A stretch of 64,000 nucleotides of DNA, from assembly GCA_044223895.1 (NCBI GenBank), contig JBGALL010000002.1, positions 704-64,703 on the forward strand, written 5' to 3'. The notes beneath the pieces are model-generated. The model searched no databases. It worked only from the letters and a program-made list of their open reading frames with translations, and was not told the DNA's origin. Shown in pieces: positions 11,501 to 20,634 of this stretch. Made by a program: the position numbers and the translations under genes. Position 1 is the stretch's first letter. Each line of letters starts with the position of its first letter. The DNA is from Candidatus Woesebacteria bacterium (GTDB taxonomy: Bacteria > Patescibacteriota > Microgenomatia > UBA10105 > UBA927).

Positions 11501-11663
11501 ATCTCGCATCGTCTCGGAGCATAAAATGTCTAAACAGCTTGCTACGGCTATCTACAGTTTTAAGGAGAGTTACGTATTTTATCCAGTCCTCATCTGCAAT
11601 ATCACGAATGTTGGAAATTTCACTAGAAGGAATTTGATTAAAATCTGGAATTTCTGGGTTCAT
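8589..11663 (-). CDS. SNF2/RAD54-family superfamily-2 helicase (DEAH-box ATPase) with ~340-aa N-terminal and ~270-aa C-terminal extensions
   Basis: motif I DPGLGKTIMLA, motif II ILIIDEAHHIKS, motif III LATATPF, motif VI QAIDRIHRFGQ; 1024 aa. Confidence 0.8.
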   Translation of the reverse strand: MNPEIPDFNQIPSSEISNIRDIADEDWIKYVTLLKTVDSRSKLFRHFMLRDDARSLPCGSLYDELGHSLRIAQIMNTHELSQLKNPPLIAEYFFQETPLFVQVELIDKFPQEFNKFIPMVRDRLDTVFQLMDKNPQLRQARDTILSFAPVLPYDRRNTVLSAFGHYIDKQLAAQSNDRFGHIGVQLMTTLANQREKELTAFEERDIIDEKSLFQSSPEHTVEVLRDFLGQLLTDGTNVYANELVDQFKDELIQPILFSALYKRMSRSWNQFMESSYSSDQLVEFMSRTAKEHLVEYYSDFLERFPDLIQLADHFSTVATVFPQLEYFKTRDSNGNRQYLFFHQVEAYWKISQFEEGAMLTDDPGLGKTIMLALTAIERLKMQEPSLQNPRRILVVGNKSVLATWEREVRQRLHMLPIEQINPTIYIDTSQRVTKIKKFIENPQQPIQIVEVNIDMFRNPKFREFMDQEDCFDILIIDEAHHIKSKDPSLLKPSIDLMNLNFGIAERTASIYKFAKEHLITIYLATATPFVLDENEPLALAHLISPDAFNAERISQLKQSSEFVFDALRSCVVRRKKSEVADLPSRSAQIYQLDIRKMDQFRQQYFLRRAEEIARTTDNTFAHFYEMLGLESELKQEWLINKVRALTSEGKKVVIFTPFVNSERHSGQMSTVNLSQILTAAGIDNVGILDGTLNQEEVEEIKNRFHLPVSTDRSLSVLIGNYKTAGESITLSSPDNNATEVILFVAPDTAARLLQAIDRIHRFGQTHDVHIHIPMVLGDLLNREKGTYDERIIKRLLSRVKKYQAIVDAVFYVEPSNIFQSIILEIKFGEQNSRKDSNDQKININPDTKRTIEWISHLIHQNPQSEKIYYELMKNSVPSLSDKQQFYAFQNIFLKKSPWQIHKEYFKTGDTNIVVKGIVEAKLKLWELLGEEFFDECVDTQYPALSVQRIRDIYTHYIREKGNNNRFSVVENFFGFEGKKGAFDCYALANETTYKDMTWIKRDLKRALLILEQYAEVIHYDSLQN

Positions 11664-11700
11664 GACATGATTACTACAAGGTAATCATGGAAGTATACAC

Positions 11701-12090
11701 CTATTTGAGCCTTTCTAATACTCCGCGGCGCTTAACAATATTCTTGTAATCCCACTGAATCTCTGTAGATTTTTGTAACCAGCGGTGTAATTCTGTGATA
11801 TTGATTTGATCAGTCTGGGTATATCGCTTCTGAGCTGCTTTGAAGGTGCCTTCTTTTTCGAGTCCTTCTTCATCAAACGATTGACCACTCCAAAATAATA
11901 ATTGAATATCATTCTTTCTCTTGGCAAAACCAACAATGGGATTTCCTTCGAGAAACCAAACTGGATGACCATGCCATAGCTTACTCTCTTTTTCTGGCAA
12001 GATAGTGTTAATTTCTTTACAGAGCAGATCACAAATGTCCTTGTCGCTACCTGTTAATTTTTTGTTATAGAGTTCGATATCTGTATTCAT
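11701..12090 (-). CDS. DUF1801 (YdhG-like) domain protein
   Basis: 129-aa ORF with WHGHPVWFLEGNPIVGF block typical of DUF1801. Confidence 0.45.
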   Translation of the reverse strand: MNTDIELYNKKLTGSDKDICDLLCKEINTILPEKESKLWHGHPVWFLEGNPIVGFAKRKNDIQLLFWSGQSFDEEGLEKEGTFKAAQKRYTQTDQINITELHRWLQKSTEIQWDYKNIVKRRGVLERLK

Positions 12091-12156
12091 AGAATGATTT
12101 TATCATGATAGTTGTGTCAGTTCCTTATTTTGAATTTTTTTTGCTACGATAGAACT

Positions 12157-12903
12157 ATGTTCATTGGATATACCAACTATCGTTTAATTCATACGTTTAA
12201 ACGAATTGCCGATAAAAAAGATATCCAGATAGCCTCCCGGGAATTATTACGATCTTTGGGAATTGATATAGATGTTAGAGGTTCATTCCTACATACTGGT
12301 CCTCAATTGATTATTGCCAATCATGTAACCCTGTTAGATATGTTTAAATTATTGGCGATAATTCCTCGAGATGATGTTTACCTCATTGCTTTTGTATTAA
12401 ATCGTATCTTAGGAAAAGAATTTAATAAATATTTGTTACCGGTATACCTGTCAGATAAGCCTAACAATAGCTTCTTAGAATGGTTGCGGGTTCAATATTG
12501 GATTCCTCGCCAGCGATATATCTCGCCGATTCATGCTCGTGATAGAAATCGACAAACGATCAGTAGAGCTGCCTCATTATTAAAAGATAATCATTCAGTT
12601 ATTATTTTTCCTAGTGGTTTCAATATTGTTAACAGTGACATCTGGCATGATGGGATAGGATATTTATTGCTTCAGCTGAACCATCGCAATATTCCAATTG
12701 TTCCCGTTAACCTAGGTGGAAATTCATTGAGTGATATTTTACGATATATAAATTTTGGTATATTTTCTCCACTATCATTCCATTCAACTACAACTATCAC
12801 TATTGGGCCAACATTTTATTCTGAAGATGTTCTCAAAGGTGAATTAACAGGTAAGATTATTACTTCAAGAGTACATGAAAAATATACTAATTGTTGGAAC
12901 TAA
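12157..12903 (+). CDS. lysophospholipid (1-acyl-sn-glycerol-3-phosphate) acyltransferase-like protein
   Basis: NHxxxxD acyltransferase motif (IIANHVTLLD) and FPSG block; ORF track start 12112 is TTG, ATG at 12157 preferred. Confidence 0.5.
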   Translation: MFIGYTNYRLIHTFKRIADKKDIQIASRELLRSLGIDIDVRGSFLHTGPQLIIANHVTLLDMFKLLAIIPRDDVYLIAFVLNRILGKEFNKYLLPVYLSDKPNNSFLEWLRVQYWIPRQRYISPIHARDRNRQTISRAASLLKDNHSVIIFPSGFNIVNSDIWHDGIGYLLLQLNHRNIPIVPVNLGGNSLSDILRYINFGIFSPLSFHSTTTITIGPTFYSEDVLKGELTGKIITSRVHEKYTNCWN

Positions 12904-13047
12904 TAATCATCAAATTATGATTGCTCTTAAGGTATGCCAGTGTCCAAGAAACGATAGGTCAACTCCTAATTTCTTTGTTTACTTTTGACCGCGATGTAGA
13001 AGCTTTCGCTTAAATATTGAGTTGCACAGTGAGAGTTGTCTATAGAA

Positions 13048-13056
13048 CTGGTATAA
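13048..13056 (+). promoter_or_regulatory. extended -10 element (TGgTATAAT) ~155 nt upstream of GTG 13212
   Basis: read directly; no good -35. Confidence 0.25.
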
Positions 13057-13211
13057 TCCCCTAACTTGCCCGTCAGAACAATCCAGCAAGCAAAGAACGA
13101 CTCACCAAATCGCCAGAGGTCAATAATTTTTGGGACACTGGAAAAAGTGAAGAAAAACTTCGCGAAGAACTAGCTGAATTACTTCCAGAAACACGTAGAT
13201 TTATCCATGAG

Positions 13212-16061
13212 GTGTACGATATATACCCCCAAGAAAGTCCGGAGAGTCGTGAATTAACTCGTATTGCTCGTGACGGGAGAAACGGTTTAGGGTTGGAACC
13301 ATCCGCAGGTCCAAATCCGAGTAGATATTATTTAGTAAGTAGTCAAGAAGAATTTGCTTTCGCGCTGGGTGATGAAGTCTACGTTTCTACTTCAGTGATC
13401 AACAAAGTGAAAGATGAAGACACTATAGCTTCCTATCCTGCACATGAAATAGAACATGTAAATCAACAACATCTTTTTAAGAAGAAAGCGCTAGAAAAAA
13501 AAGTAGAAAGTCTGAAAAAAGCAATGGCTTCGATCTCACTAGGTAGAATTTATGAGTATGAAGCAGATTCTACCTCTCCGTTTAAGTTACAAAAAGGTGG
13601 CTATGATCCTAGTGCTTATCGCGACGCCTTAGATATTTTCCTATCCGATGAAGATGATACCGGCCGTTCACGCGGTATCGATGTCGATCATGGTACGTTA
13701 TACGATCGCTTAAGTATTCAATACTGGATTTTGCGATCAGAAGATTTTGAAGAAACCTCCCAAGAACGAACTCCTAAACCAGCCATTCTAGAAAATTTAC
13801 CAGAAGCCAAGAATAGATTTGAAATAATTAGAGAAGCTCTAGAACATGGTGATCAAACAAAGGCGAACGAAGTTGTACAAGAACTTTCACTCGAGAGCTT
13901 ATTTCGATTTTATTCTCATGCAGATAACCTAGTTATCTGGAAAGAACAAACAAAAGAAAAAAAACAAAAGAGAGAAAAGAAACGGTCTGAACGTTTAAGT
14001 TATGAAGAGGAAGAAGAATCCACAACCCCTCCAGTTAATTTAGAAAAACAATTAACGATTTTAGAATTTTTCTACAATCAGCTTGAAGAGCGTATCACTA
14101 CTGCTTTTCCAACACTGACGGAGCGTCAGCAGAGTTGGGCTGTATTATCTATTCTCGGTCAGAAAACTCAAAATGGATTGTTTGCCTTTGAGTACGCTGA
14201 TGAACGTTTACGAACCTATGGATTAGATAGTTGGATTCCTCGGGTGAGTACCACCGCTCGGTTCAAGGAAACAATACAATCTCCTGAAGATCTCTTAGAA
14301 TTTGCTTCGTACATTGGAAATTTCCGACATGATGCTGATAGGTTTATGAAGAACGGAAAAAATATTCATCGCCAGTTATGGAGCACATTTGTTGAACAGC
14401 ATGGAAATTCTCTCGGTACTGTCCTGGGATGGTTTGAAAATACCTCTTTTTACAACTCTGACGGATCTAAAAACTTTACTGAAATTGCTTCATTCCTTGA
14501 ACAAATGCGTTTGAATTTAAGTGAAAATGATAATTCACTGTGGGACATAGAAGGAATCTTATCAGAACTGGTTGAACGAGAAAATTCTCATGATTTGTAT
14601 AATTTCATGGAAGAATTAAAGAAACAATATGGGGATGAATTTGAAGAACATACCTTAGAAATACAACAAAAACATGAAGCTGATATTTTTCCTAAAATAT
14701 TACAGCGATATATACTCTTTCAACAATTGGCAGAACAATATGACAGAAGTACAGACACTTTTGGACGCAAGTTTAATAGTGATATTTATAAAGTACGGCA
14801 AGATTTGAATCACGCACTTCAACACTATTATGCCTTTGCTAACGATGATTTTTTTGAACAGAGAAATAAATACTACATGGTTCTGTATCTAGAACAAATG
14901 CTTCCCGATGAATATGCCCTCTATCAAGGGTTTGAATCAGAGGCTATCGAATCTGCAATAACTACCTATTTAGAAAATCATGAATTAAAAGAATTGATAC
15001 GTGTATTTGGAGCCTGTCCATTTTTACTCACTGACGAAGAAACAGGACGAAAAGTATACACCCTTATTAATCAATATATTATTGATTCAATTACTAACGG
15101 CAACGTTGATGATGAGTATAAATTTAAAATGTTAGTCAGTGATGCTGATTCACTAGTCTTTGATTTTTTGAATATACAGATAACTGAAGAAGAATCGAGC
15201 GAGTATGATCATGTTATACGGTACAGTAATGGTGAAGTCTATGGATTCTCAAATTACGAGTTACAAATCTTGTATCAACTTGATGTGCTCGATTACTTTT
15301 GTAAAGGACTTGGTGAAGAGTTAACGTTGAAACAATTTCGAGAAATACTCGATGATCTTGATCTCTCAAGAATTTCAGAAAAATCCCGAATAATGTTGTT
15401 GGGAGGGGTAACGAAAAGTTTAACCGATCTTAAACAACGTTTTTCGCACCGAGGAGATGATGAAGACGAAGATGAACACGTTGATGGAGGGACTAATTGG
15501 TCAGAAATTTATAAACATCCTACCCTTCTTGCACTGCGAGATTTCTTTGGCTTGAGATTTGAAACACAAGCAATACAACCAGCAGATGAATGTGAAGCTA
15601 TTCAAAAATTTTCTGAGTTATTGGGTGGGAGAGGATTTAGAAAAGCTTCCTTAATGGGTAAAAATTCAGACCATGCATACATACTCGCTCCTTTGGTAGA
15701 ACGAGTTATGGATAAAATCAAAAACTATACATTTAATCCAGAATCTGTCGATGATTTATTTTTGATTCGTTCGATAACTCCCTATTTTGAAGATGAAAGC
15801 GTGAATACTATCTTACGAAATCAATTAGAGTATCAAATTGTCCAGCGTTTAAACTTTGAGGAATCGTTAGCATTTATGGAAATGTTGCTAGATGAGCGAA
15901 AACTAAATTTTGCGGTTTTTGATTACGTCCAAGAATACCCTCTCAAAACTCCCCAACAGTTGGAAGCTTTCGAAGCGATGTGGCAACGAGTGAGGAAAAA
16001 ACTAACCAATGAAGGCGATGAATCTGCAGGTGTTGCCGCTGTGTTTGATGCAGGGGTTTGA
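13212..16061 (+). CDS. large acidic hypothetical protein (949 aa) with N-terminal HExxH...EYEAD zinc-metallopeptidase-like (M48-like) motif; GTG start
   Basis: YPAHEIEHVNQQH followed 28 aa later by EYEAD; no signal peptide; K/E-rich low-complexity stretch; no in-frame ATG upstream. Confidence 0.55.
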   Translation: MYDIYPQESPESRELTRIARDGRNGLGLEPSAGPNPSRYYLVSSQEEFAFALGDEVYVSTSVINKVKDEDTIASYPAHEIEHVNQQHLFKKKALEKKVESLKKAMASISLGRIYEYEADSTSPFKLQKGGYDPSAYRDALDIFLSDEDDTGRSRGIDVDHGTLYDRLSIQYWILRSEDFEETSQERTPKPAILENLPEAKNRFEIIREALEHGDQTKANEVVQELSLESLFRFYSHADNLVIWKEQTKEKKQKREKKRSERLSYEEEEESTTPPVNLEKQLTILEFFYNQLEERITTAFPTLTERQQSWAVLSILGQKTQNGLFAFEYADERLRTYGLDSWIPRVSTTARFKETIQSPEDLLEFASYIGNFRHDADRFMKNGKNIHRQLWSTFVEQHGNSLGTVLGWFENTSFYNSDGSKNFTEIASFLEQMRLNLSENDNSLWDIEGILSELVERENSHDLYNFMEELKKQYGDEFEEHTLEIQQKHEADIFPKILQRYILFQQLAEQYDRSTDTFGRKFNSDIYKVRQDLNHALQHYYAFANDDFFEQRNKYYMVLYLEQMLPDEYALYQGFESEAIESAITTYLENHELKELIRVFGACPFLLTDEETGRKVYTLINQYIIDSITNGNVDDEYKFKMLVSDADSLVFDFLNIQITEEESSEYDHVIRYSNGEVYGFSNYELQILYQLDVLDYFCKGLGEELTLKQFREILDDLDLSRISEKSRIMLLGGVTKSLTDLKQRFSHRGDDEDEDEHVDGGTNWSEIYKHPTLLALRDFFGLRFETQAIQPADECEAIQKFSELLGGRGFRKASLMGKNSDHAYILAPLVERVMDKIKNYTFNPESVDDLFLIRSITPYFEDESVNTILRNQLEYQIVQRLNFEESLAFMEMLLDERKLNFAVFDYVQEYPLKTPQQLEAFEAMWQRVRKKLTNEGDESAGVAAVFDAGV

Positions 16062-16189
16062 AAATTTTATGTCGCGTCACACAATCGAATTATTTGAAGC
16101 CGCTCTTACCTCAGGTTTGGATGACACTAAACTACGAACCTTTTTAGCGAAGCGCTGGTTTTCCTTTCGTCGACCCTCAACCATTAGAT

Positions 16190-18109
16190 ATGGATTTATA
16201 TAGTTTAGCCAGAGAGCGACCATATCGGGTAATCTTGGTACAAGATGGAGACGCTTCTCACTTTGAGTTAACAGGGACAAATGTTCAACAGTTTATTCCC
16301 TTTGAAGAATTTATGGATAGAGTGTATTCCTCCTTAACTCAAAGTGAAATAGATTTTATGTTGCGAAAAATGTTGTATACCGATGAGGGCGTACTCATAA
16401 CTCAGAAAGGGAGAAAGATTCTACATAAACTATTTATGGAAGCTGCTGTTGATCAGGGCAATAATCCTGCAATGACTGATTTTCTTAATGATGTTGTCCA
16501 AGTATTGTTGTCCATAGATACAAAAAAAAGAAGTGAGATGGTTATTTCAGATGTTAGTTTAGGAGAACCAATTATGGGTGTACTTCGCAAAAAATTATTT
16601 ATAAAACCAGAAAAAGCTGGTAGTAATTTAGTGGGTGCATCAAGGATTGCTGATGAGTATGAGGGATCTCGCTTAGGAATTGGCAGATTTGCGAGAGCAG
16701 GTATGTCGTCTGCTCCTCGTACCAAGGAACAGCTGGCAACTTATGAAGCCCTAGAGAATAAATTAAACGCCCAGCGGGGTTTGCCAGAAATGACGGCAGA
16801 ACAAACTTTGGATTTATTGTCATTCAACCCTCAAAAGGATGATACACAAGCAGAGATAAATGCCCATCTCGCTACCAAAATTCAGTCAGCGAAAGATCAG
16901 GTGTTATCGTTTATAGATAGGCCAGAACGTGAAGTTCTATCACAGCCAATTACTCCAATCCAGGCGCTTATACTGATCGCCAATAGTAAACAAACCTTAG
17001 GAGAACGATTTAAACAATTGGTTGGATATTATATGGACCTCTCCCCTCTCTCCCCAGATGAACGACAAGAAATTTACAAATCATATGCCAAAGTAAAAGG
17101 CCAGTTGAAATACACAGCGTTTCGAACATTAAAGAGAGAAGCTTTAAAGGTTGATGCGAAATCAGAACTTCGTAACTTTTGGGATAATTTGGAAGAATTA
17201 GAAAGTACTGGTCATGGTGGTTCTCTGACCACTGTCTTCAAAGCCCACTTAAAAGGTGGAACTGTTAAAGCAGTAAAAATTATGGTTCCTAATGCACGAA
17301 TGTTTATCCGTGAGACAAAAGCTCAGACAACGGAATTTATTAAACGATTGCGAGCTAAACCAAAGCACCGAAATAATTTGCAACTAAAAATTGCAGAAGC
17401 GCTCGTTGAAGACATTGCCTTGTGGGCAGAAGAAGATATTGACGCTGTTAATTATGAAGAACAAGAACGCCAATTTGCTAAACTCCATCAAGGAACCACA
17501 ATAGTAAATGATAAGAGTATTGAAATTACTATCCCTGAGATGACTCCGACTGGAAGTATGTATATAAAAATTGAAGACTGGGCAGAAGGAGAACCTTTTA
17601 TCGATACCATTCATAAAGATACCGATCTTGCAGCCAGAGTGGGTGAGTTAATTAAAGAACATTATCAACAGCAGCAACAAATTCCTGTATCATCAGGTTC
17701 TTACCAAGTACATCCCGATGTGCATGGCGGACAGTTTCATATTGTTTCAGATGATCACGGTCAAAAAACCTATGTATATGTATTAGATCGAGGGTTTTGG
17801 TTGGAATTTAGTGAACAAGAGTCAACCTTTTTCAATTTTATAAAGGGTGAGGAATTTTCTTCAGAAAAGGCAGCAGAATTTCTCCAGTATTTATTCAAAC
17901 TACCTGAAAATAGTGCCTTTACTAAACCCAAAAGAATGGCGATAATCGGACAAATCACTCTCGCTGGTGGAAATGCAATTCGTCTGGGATCTTCTGCTTC
18001 GGAAACTGCGGTAATCATGATGTTGGAATTACGCAAAGCCGGAGTAAAAATTCCTCTCAAGTGGTCGCTGTTTCAAAAAAATAATCGTTACCTAAAAACT
18101 CTTAACTAA
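16190..18109 (+). CDS. hypothetical protein (639 aa) with C-terminal ABC1/UbiB-like atypical protein kinase domain
   Basis: GHGGSLTTVFKAHLKGGTVKAVKI (ATP-binding Lys region), QVHPDVHGGQFHI (cf. HADPHPGN catalytic loop), VYVLDRGF (DFG-like). Confidence 0.55.
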   Translation: MDLYSLARERPYRVILVQDGDASHFELTGTNVQQFIPFEEFMDRVYSSLTQSEIDFMLRKMLYTDEGVLITQKGRKILHKLFMEAAVDQGNNPAMTDFLNDVVQVLLSIDTKKRSEMVISDVSLGEPIMGVLRKKLFIKPEKAGSNLVGASRIADEYEGSRLGIGRFARAGMSSAPRTKEQLATYEALENKLNAQRGLPEMTAEQTLDLLSFNPQKDDTQAEINAHLATKIQSAKDQVLSFIDRPEREVLSQPITPIQALILIANSKQTLGERFKQLVGYYMDLSPLSPDERQEIYKSYAKVKGQLKYTAFRTLKREALKVDAKSELRNFWDNLEELESTGHGGSLTTVFKAHLKGGTVKAVKIMVPNARMFIRETKAQTTEFIKRLRAKPKHRNNLQLKIAEALVEDIALWAEEDIDAVNYEEQERQFAKLHQGTTIVNDKSIEITIPEMTPTGSMYIKIEDWAEGEPFIDTIHKDTDLAARVGELIKEHYQQQQQIPVSSGSYQVHPDVHGGQFHIVSDDHGQKTYVYVLDRGFWLEFSEQESTFFNFIKGEEFSSEKAAEFLQYLFKLPENSAFTKPKRMAIIGQITLAGGNAIRLGSSASETAVIMMLELRKAGVKIPLKWSLFQKNNRYLKTLN

Positions 18110-18114
18110 GAAAG

Positions 18115-18666
18115 TTACTCTGCAGGAGTTTTGAGAACCCAGTTGTGAGAAACCAATGGTTCACTACACATATTTCGATTGAAGCAACACGGTCGACGCA
18201 TCCCTTTATTCAATTTATCCAAGGCTACAACAATATGTTTTTCGCGGGTTTCTTCGGTCTTTACTGCGCGTATCCAGCGAATCCAGTCCCAGCGGGCACT
18301 AGTAGTAATATCATTCCAAAGAGCTTCGGCTTGGGGAGATTTTTTGAGTGCTTTTTGGAGATCTGAGGGAACGTCTGGTTCAACCCATTCTTTGGTGGGT
18401 TCTAGAGATACCTGCACAGTCTCCCCTGTTTTGGCTGAAGCTTTTTCTAGTAATTGTTTACTCACTCGAAACCAGTGACTAGGTTTTTGTCCTGGTCCAT
18501 ATCTTCCATCTGGCTCGAGTAAGGTTTTAAAGGGAACATCATTCAGTGTCCCAGCAACCATAGTCATTCCTCGGGTAGGAAGTTTGGCAGAGGCTTCTTC
18601 TGGAAGTCTGAGTATAGTCCAGGAATTGATTTCAAATAATTTTGTTTTAAAGGTAATTGGTGTCAT
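18115..18666 (-). CDS. DUF1905 + YdeI/OmpD-associated (bacteriocin-protection) family protein
   Basis: N-terminal DUF1905 beta-barrel pattern (ILRLP...GMTMVAGTLNDVPF...GETVQVSLEP) and C-terminal ARWDWIRWIRAVKTEETREKHI block. Confidence 0.6.
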   Translation of the reverse strand: MTPITFKTKLFEINSWTILRLPEEASAKLPTRGMTMVAGTLNDVPFKTLLEPDGRYGPGQKPSHWFRVSKQLLEKASAKTGETVQVSLEPTKEWVEPDVPSDLQKALKKSPQAEALWNDITTSARWDWIRWIRAVKTEETREKHIVVALDKLNKGMRRPCCFNRNMCSEPLVSHNWVLKTPAE

Positions 18667-18697
18667 TCGAGACTATTATATCAAACTGCACTATGCT

Positions 18698-18726
18698 TGT
18701 TTTTTTTGATAAAAAGACCTATAATA
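18698..18726 (+). promoter_or_regulatory. sigma70-like promoter TTGTTT-17 nt-TATAAT upstream of 18774 gene (SD AGGAGG 8 nt before ATG)
   Basis: hexamers and spacing read directly. Confidence 0.45.
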
Positions 18727-18773
18727 TTAAGTTCACCGATACTAATTTCTGATTATCTTTAGGAGGATATCAA

Positions 18774-19157
18774 ATGAAACAGGTGAAACGGATAGGTTTT
18801 TTCCATTCGATGTTGATTATGCATTTGTATGTCTACGTCATGGAGTATCCCCTATCAAAAGCGATGCAAGTCAGCGGCCTTCTGAAGGCAATAGATGATT
18901 TGTATCCGAGACCAGAATTCTGGGTAGCATTTCTGATCTCTCGTTTGATTTTTATCAGTATCATCGGTGGGACAGGCGTTTTGCTATGGGAGGTAGCTGA
19001 AAAGAATAATATATTGAGTATAGGGCGGATTAACATTGCGAAATGGCAAGCCATTTTCATAATAATCATGATGACACTTTTCTGGGCAATTCCCGGAGTT
19101 GAAATTATGATCCGCTACTACACCAATACATCGTTTCCCTCACTATTTCCCTTCTAG
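18774..19157 (+). CDS. hypothetical membrane protein (3-4 TM)
   Basis: 127-aa ORF with strong SD, hydrophobic helices. Confidence 0.5.
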   Translation: MKQVKRIGFFHSMLIMHLYVYVMEYPLSKAMQVSGLLKAIDDLYPRPEFWVAFLISRLIFISIIGGTGVLLWEVAEKNNILSIGRINIAKWQAIFIIIMMTLFWAIPGVEIMIRYYTNTSFPSLFPF

Positions 19158-19193
19158 CAATTTTCACTTCCGATCGTTGAGGCGTGCCTCGTT

Positions 19194-19233
19194 TTATACC
19201 CAGTAAGACGAGGCACATTTTTTGTATATTATA
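19194..19233 (+). terminator. rho-independent terminator (9-bp GC-rich stem GTGCCTCGT/ACGAGGCAC, 15-nt loop, TTTTTT)
   Basis: hairpin plus T-run 36 nt after stop of 18774..19157. Confidence 0.55.
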
Positions 19234-19302
19234 GAGATCAGTAGCAAAGATACTAGGATATTAGACTTCATGAAACACTTGAGATTCATAGTCAAAGAAG
19301 GG

Positions 19303-19704
19303 TTATAATTTCGTACTACTCAAGTAATAACTATTCCACATGTGTCCATCGATATCTGTGAAGGCTGTTCCATAGATTGTGCCATAATCGGTCGGTGGAT
19401 TTACGCTCTTACCACCCGCTGCTATCGCCTTGGCATAGATTGTATCGACTGCTGATTTTGAATCAACTCCAACAGAAAGAAGTATTTCATTGGTGGTACT
19501 GGTATCAACCAGAACTTGATTGTTAATTGCTGATTTGAAGTGTTCATTAGGCAATAAAGCTACGATAGTTGAAGGAGTGATAGTAAAACAGAGAGCATTC
19601 TCGTCAGTTAATTCCTTATTGAAGCTAAATCCTATTGCTTCAAAAAATTCTTTTGATTTCTCTTGGTCAGCAACTGGGAGATTAAGAATCATTTGGGTAA
19701 ACAT
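19303..19704 (-). CDS. VOC (glyoxalase/bleomycin-resistance/dioxygenase) family protein
   Basis: 133-aa ORF, N-terminal ILNLPVAD...SKEFFEAIGF paired beta-alpha-beta-beta-beta pattern. Confidence 0.6.
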   Translation of the reverse strand: MFTQMILNLPVADQEKSKEFFEAIGFSFNKELTDENALCFTITPSTIVALLPNEHFKSAINNQVLVDTSTTNEILLSVGVDSKSAVDTIYAKAIAAGGKSVNPPTDYGTIYGTAFTDIDGHMWNSYYLSSTKL

Positions 19705-19801
19705 ATGCCGGTAGTATCTCAGAAAAATGGTCCGATACTCAAGTGATTTCTTACATACTGTTTATACATTTTATATAAACTTTTACTTATAATATTTTTA
19801 T

Positions 19802-20077
19802 ATGGATCTGCAAACTATGCAATTTATTTACTATTTTATGGGAAGTCTTTTTTTTGGAACCATGATAATCGCCCTGATCGCTACGGCAATAGGATTATAT
19901 TTTGTTAAAAAAAGGATGAATCTTATTTCCACTGAGGTGAATCAAAAACTAGGGACGGTAACCAATATCTTTCATCATAAACAAGCCTTTTTGCTGCGAC
20001 TTGTCACCAGAGGAACTAGTTCATTATTAGGCAATCTCCTCAATAAAAAACACTCTTCCGAAGAGAACAGGCTTTAA
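19802..20077 (+). CDS. hypothetical small membrane protein
   Basis: 91-aa ORF, one long TM helix. Confidence 0.3.
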   Translation: MDLQTMQFIYYFMGSLFFGTMIIALIATAIGLYFVKKRMNLISTEVNQKLGTVTNIFHHKQAFLLRLVTRGTSSLLGNLLNKKHSSEENRL

Positions 20078-20239
20078 TCATTAGCCTCAAAAAAGGCCCA
20101 TAGATATACGACTCCTTCCTAAAGTAGTATAATATAGGCTATTCTTGATCTGGGATATTGAGAATTTAAAGTTTTTCGCAGCCTTAACATCTACATGTGA
20201 AACCCTCACATTTCTACCTATAAAAGGAACCAAAAACCG

Positions 20240-20500
20240 ATGCTACACCTATTGTTTGACCCGACCCGACCTGAGTATTTTCGCATTGCACTGATTATTG
20301 GAGTCGTCCTCTTACTCGCTGGGGCAGCCCTCTATCAGAAAATGCAAAACGATCAGACGGATGACCGTTACCGCGTCAGAGCATTACAAGAAGCACGTTT
20401 TACATTACTCGTTGGAGTTTGCGTTCTAATTTTCGGTTTGTATGGTGTCTTCGTTGCTTTGGTGATAGGATTTGCCCTATCGTTTGTACAAAACAAGTAG
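20240..20500 (+). CDS. hypothetical small membrane protein (2 TM)
   Basis: 86-aa ORF with two hydrophobic helices. Confidence 0.35.
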   Translation: MLHLLFDPTRPEYFRIALIIGVVLLLAGAALYQKMQNDQTDDRYRVRALQEARFTLLVGVCVLIFGLYGVFVALVIGFALSFVQNK

Positions 20501-20634
20501 ATGACCTATACCTACCACGGCACTATATTCATTCTGATTATGTTTATCCCGACATACCAGCTTGTTTCCCTAGTGCCTTATTTTTTTATCAGCTATACTT
20601 AATTAAGAATCACAATTGTTAGGAGATATCTCTC

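Noticed and set aside
9639-11637. Six 65-91-aa plus-strand ORFs within the SNF2 helicase locus, and similar antisense ORFs elsewhere (1216..1717, 2397..3352, 5894..6142, 7490..7822, 16453..18060, 47152..48198, 50595..51104)
   Set aside because: All lie antisense to or nested within long, motif-supported CDSs. They have no SD or start context and arbitrary composition.
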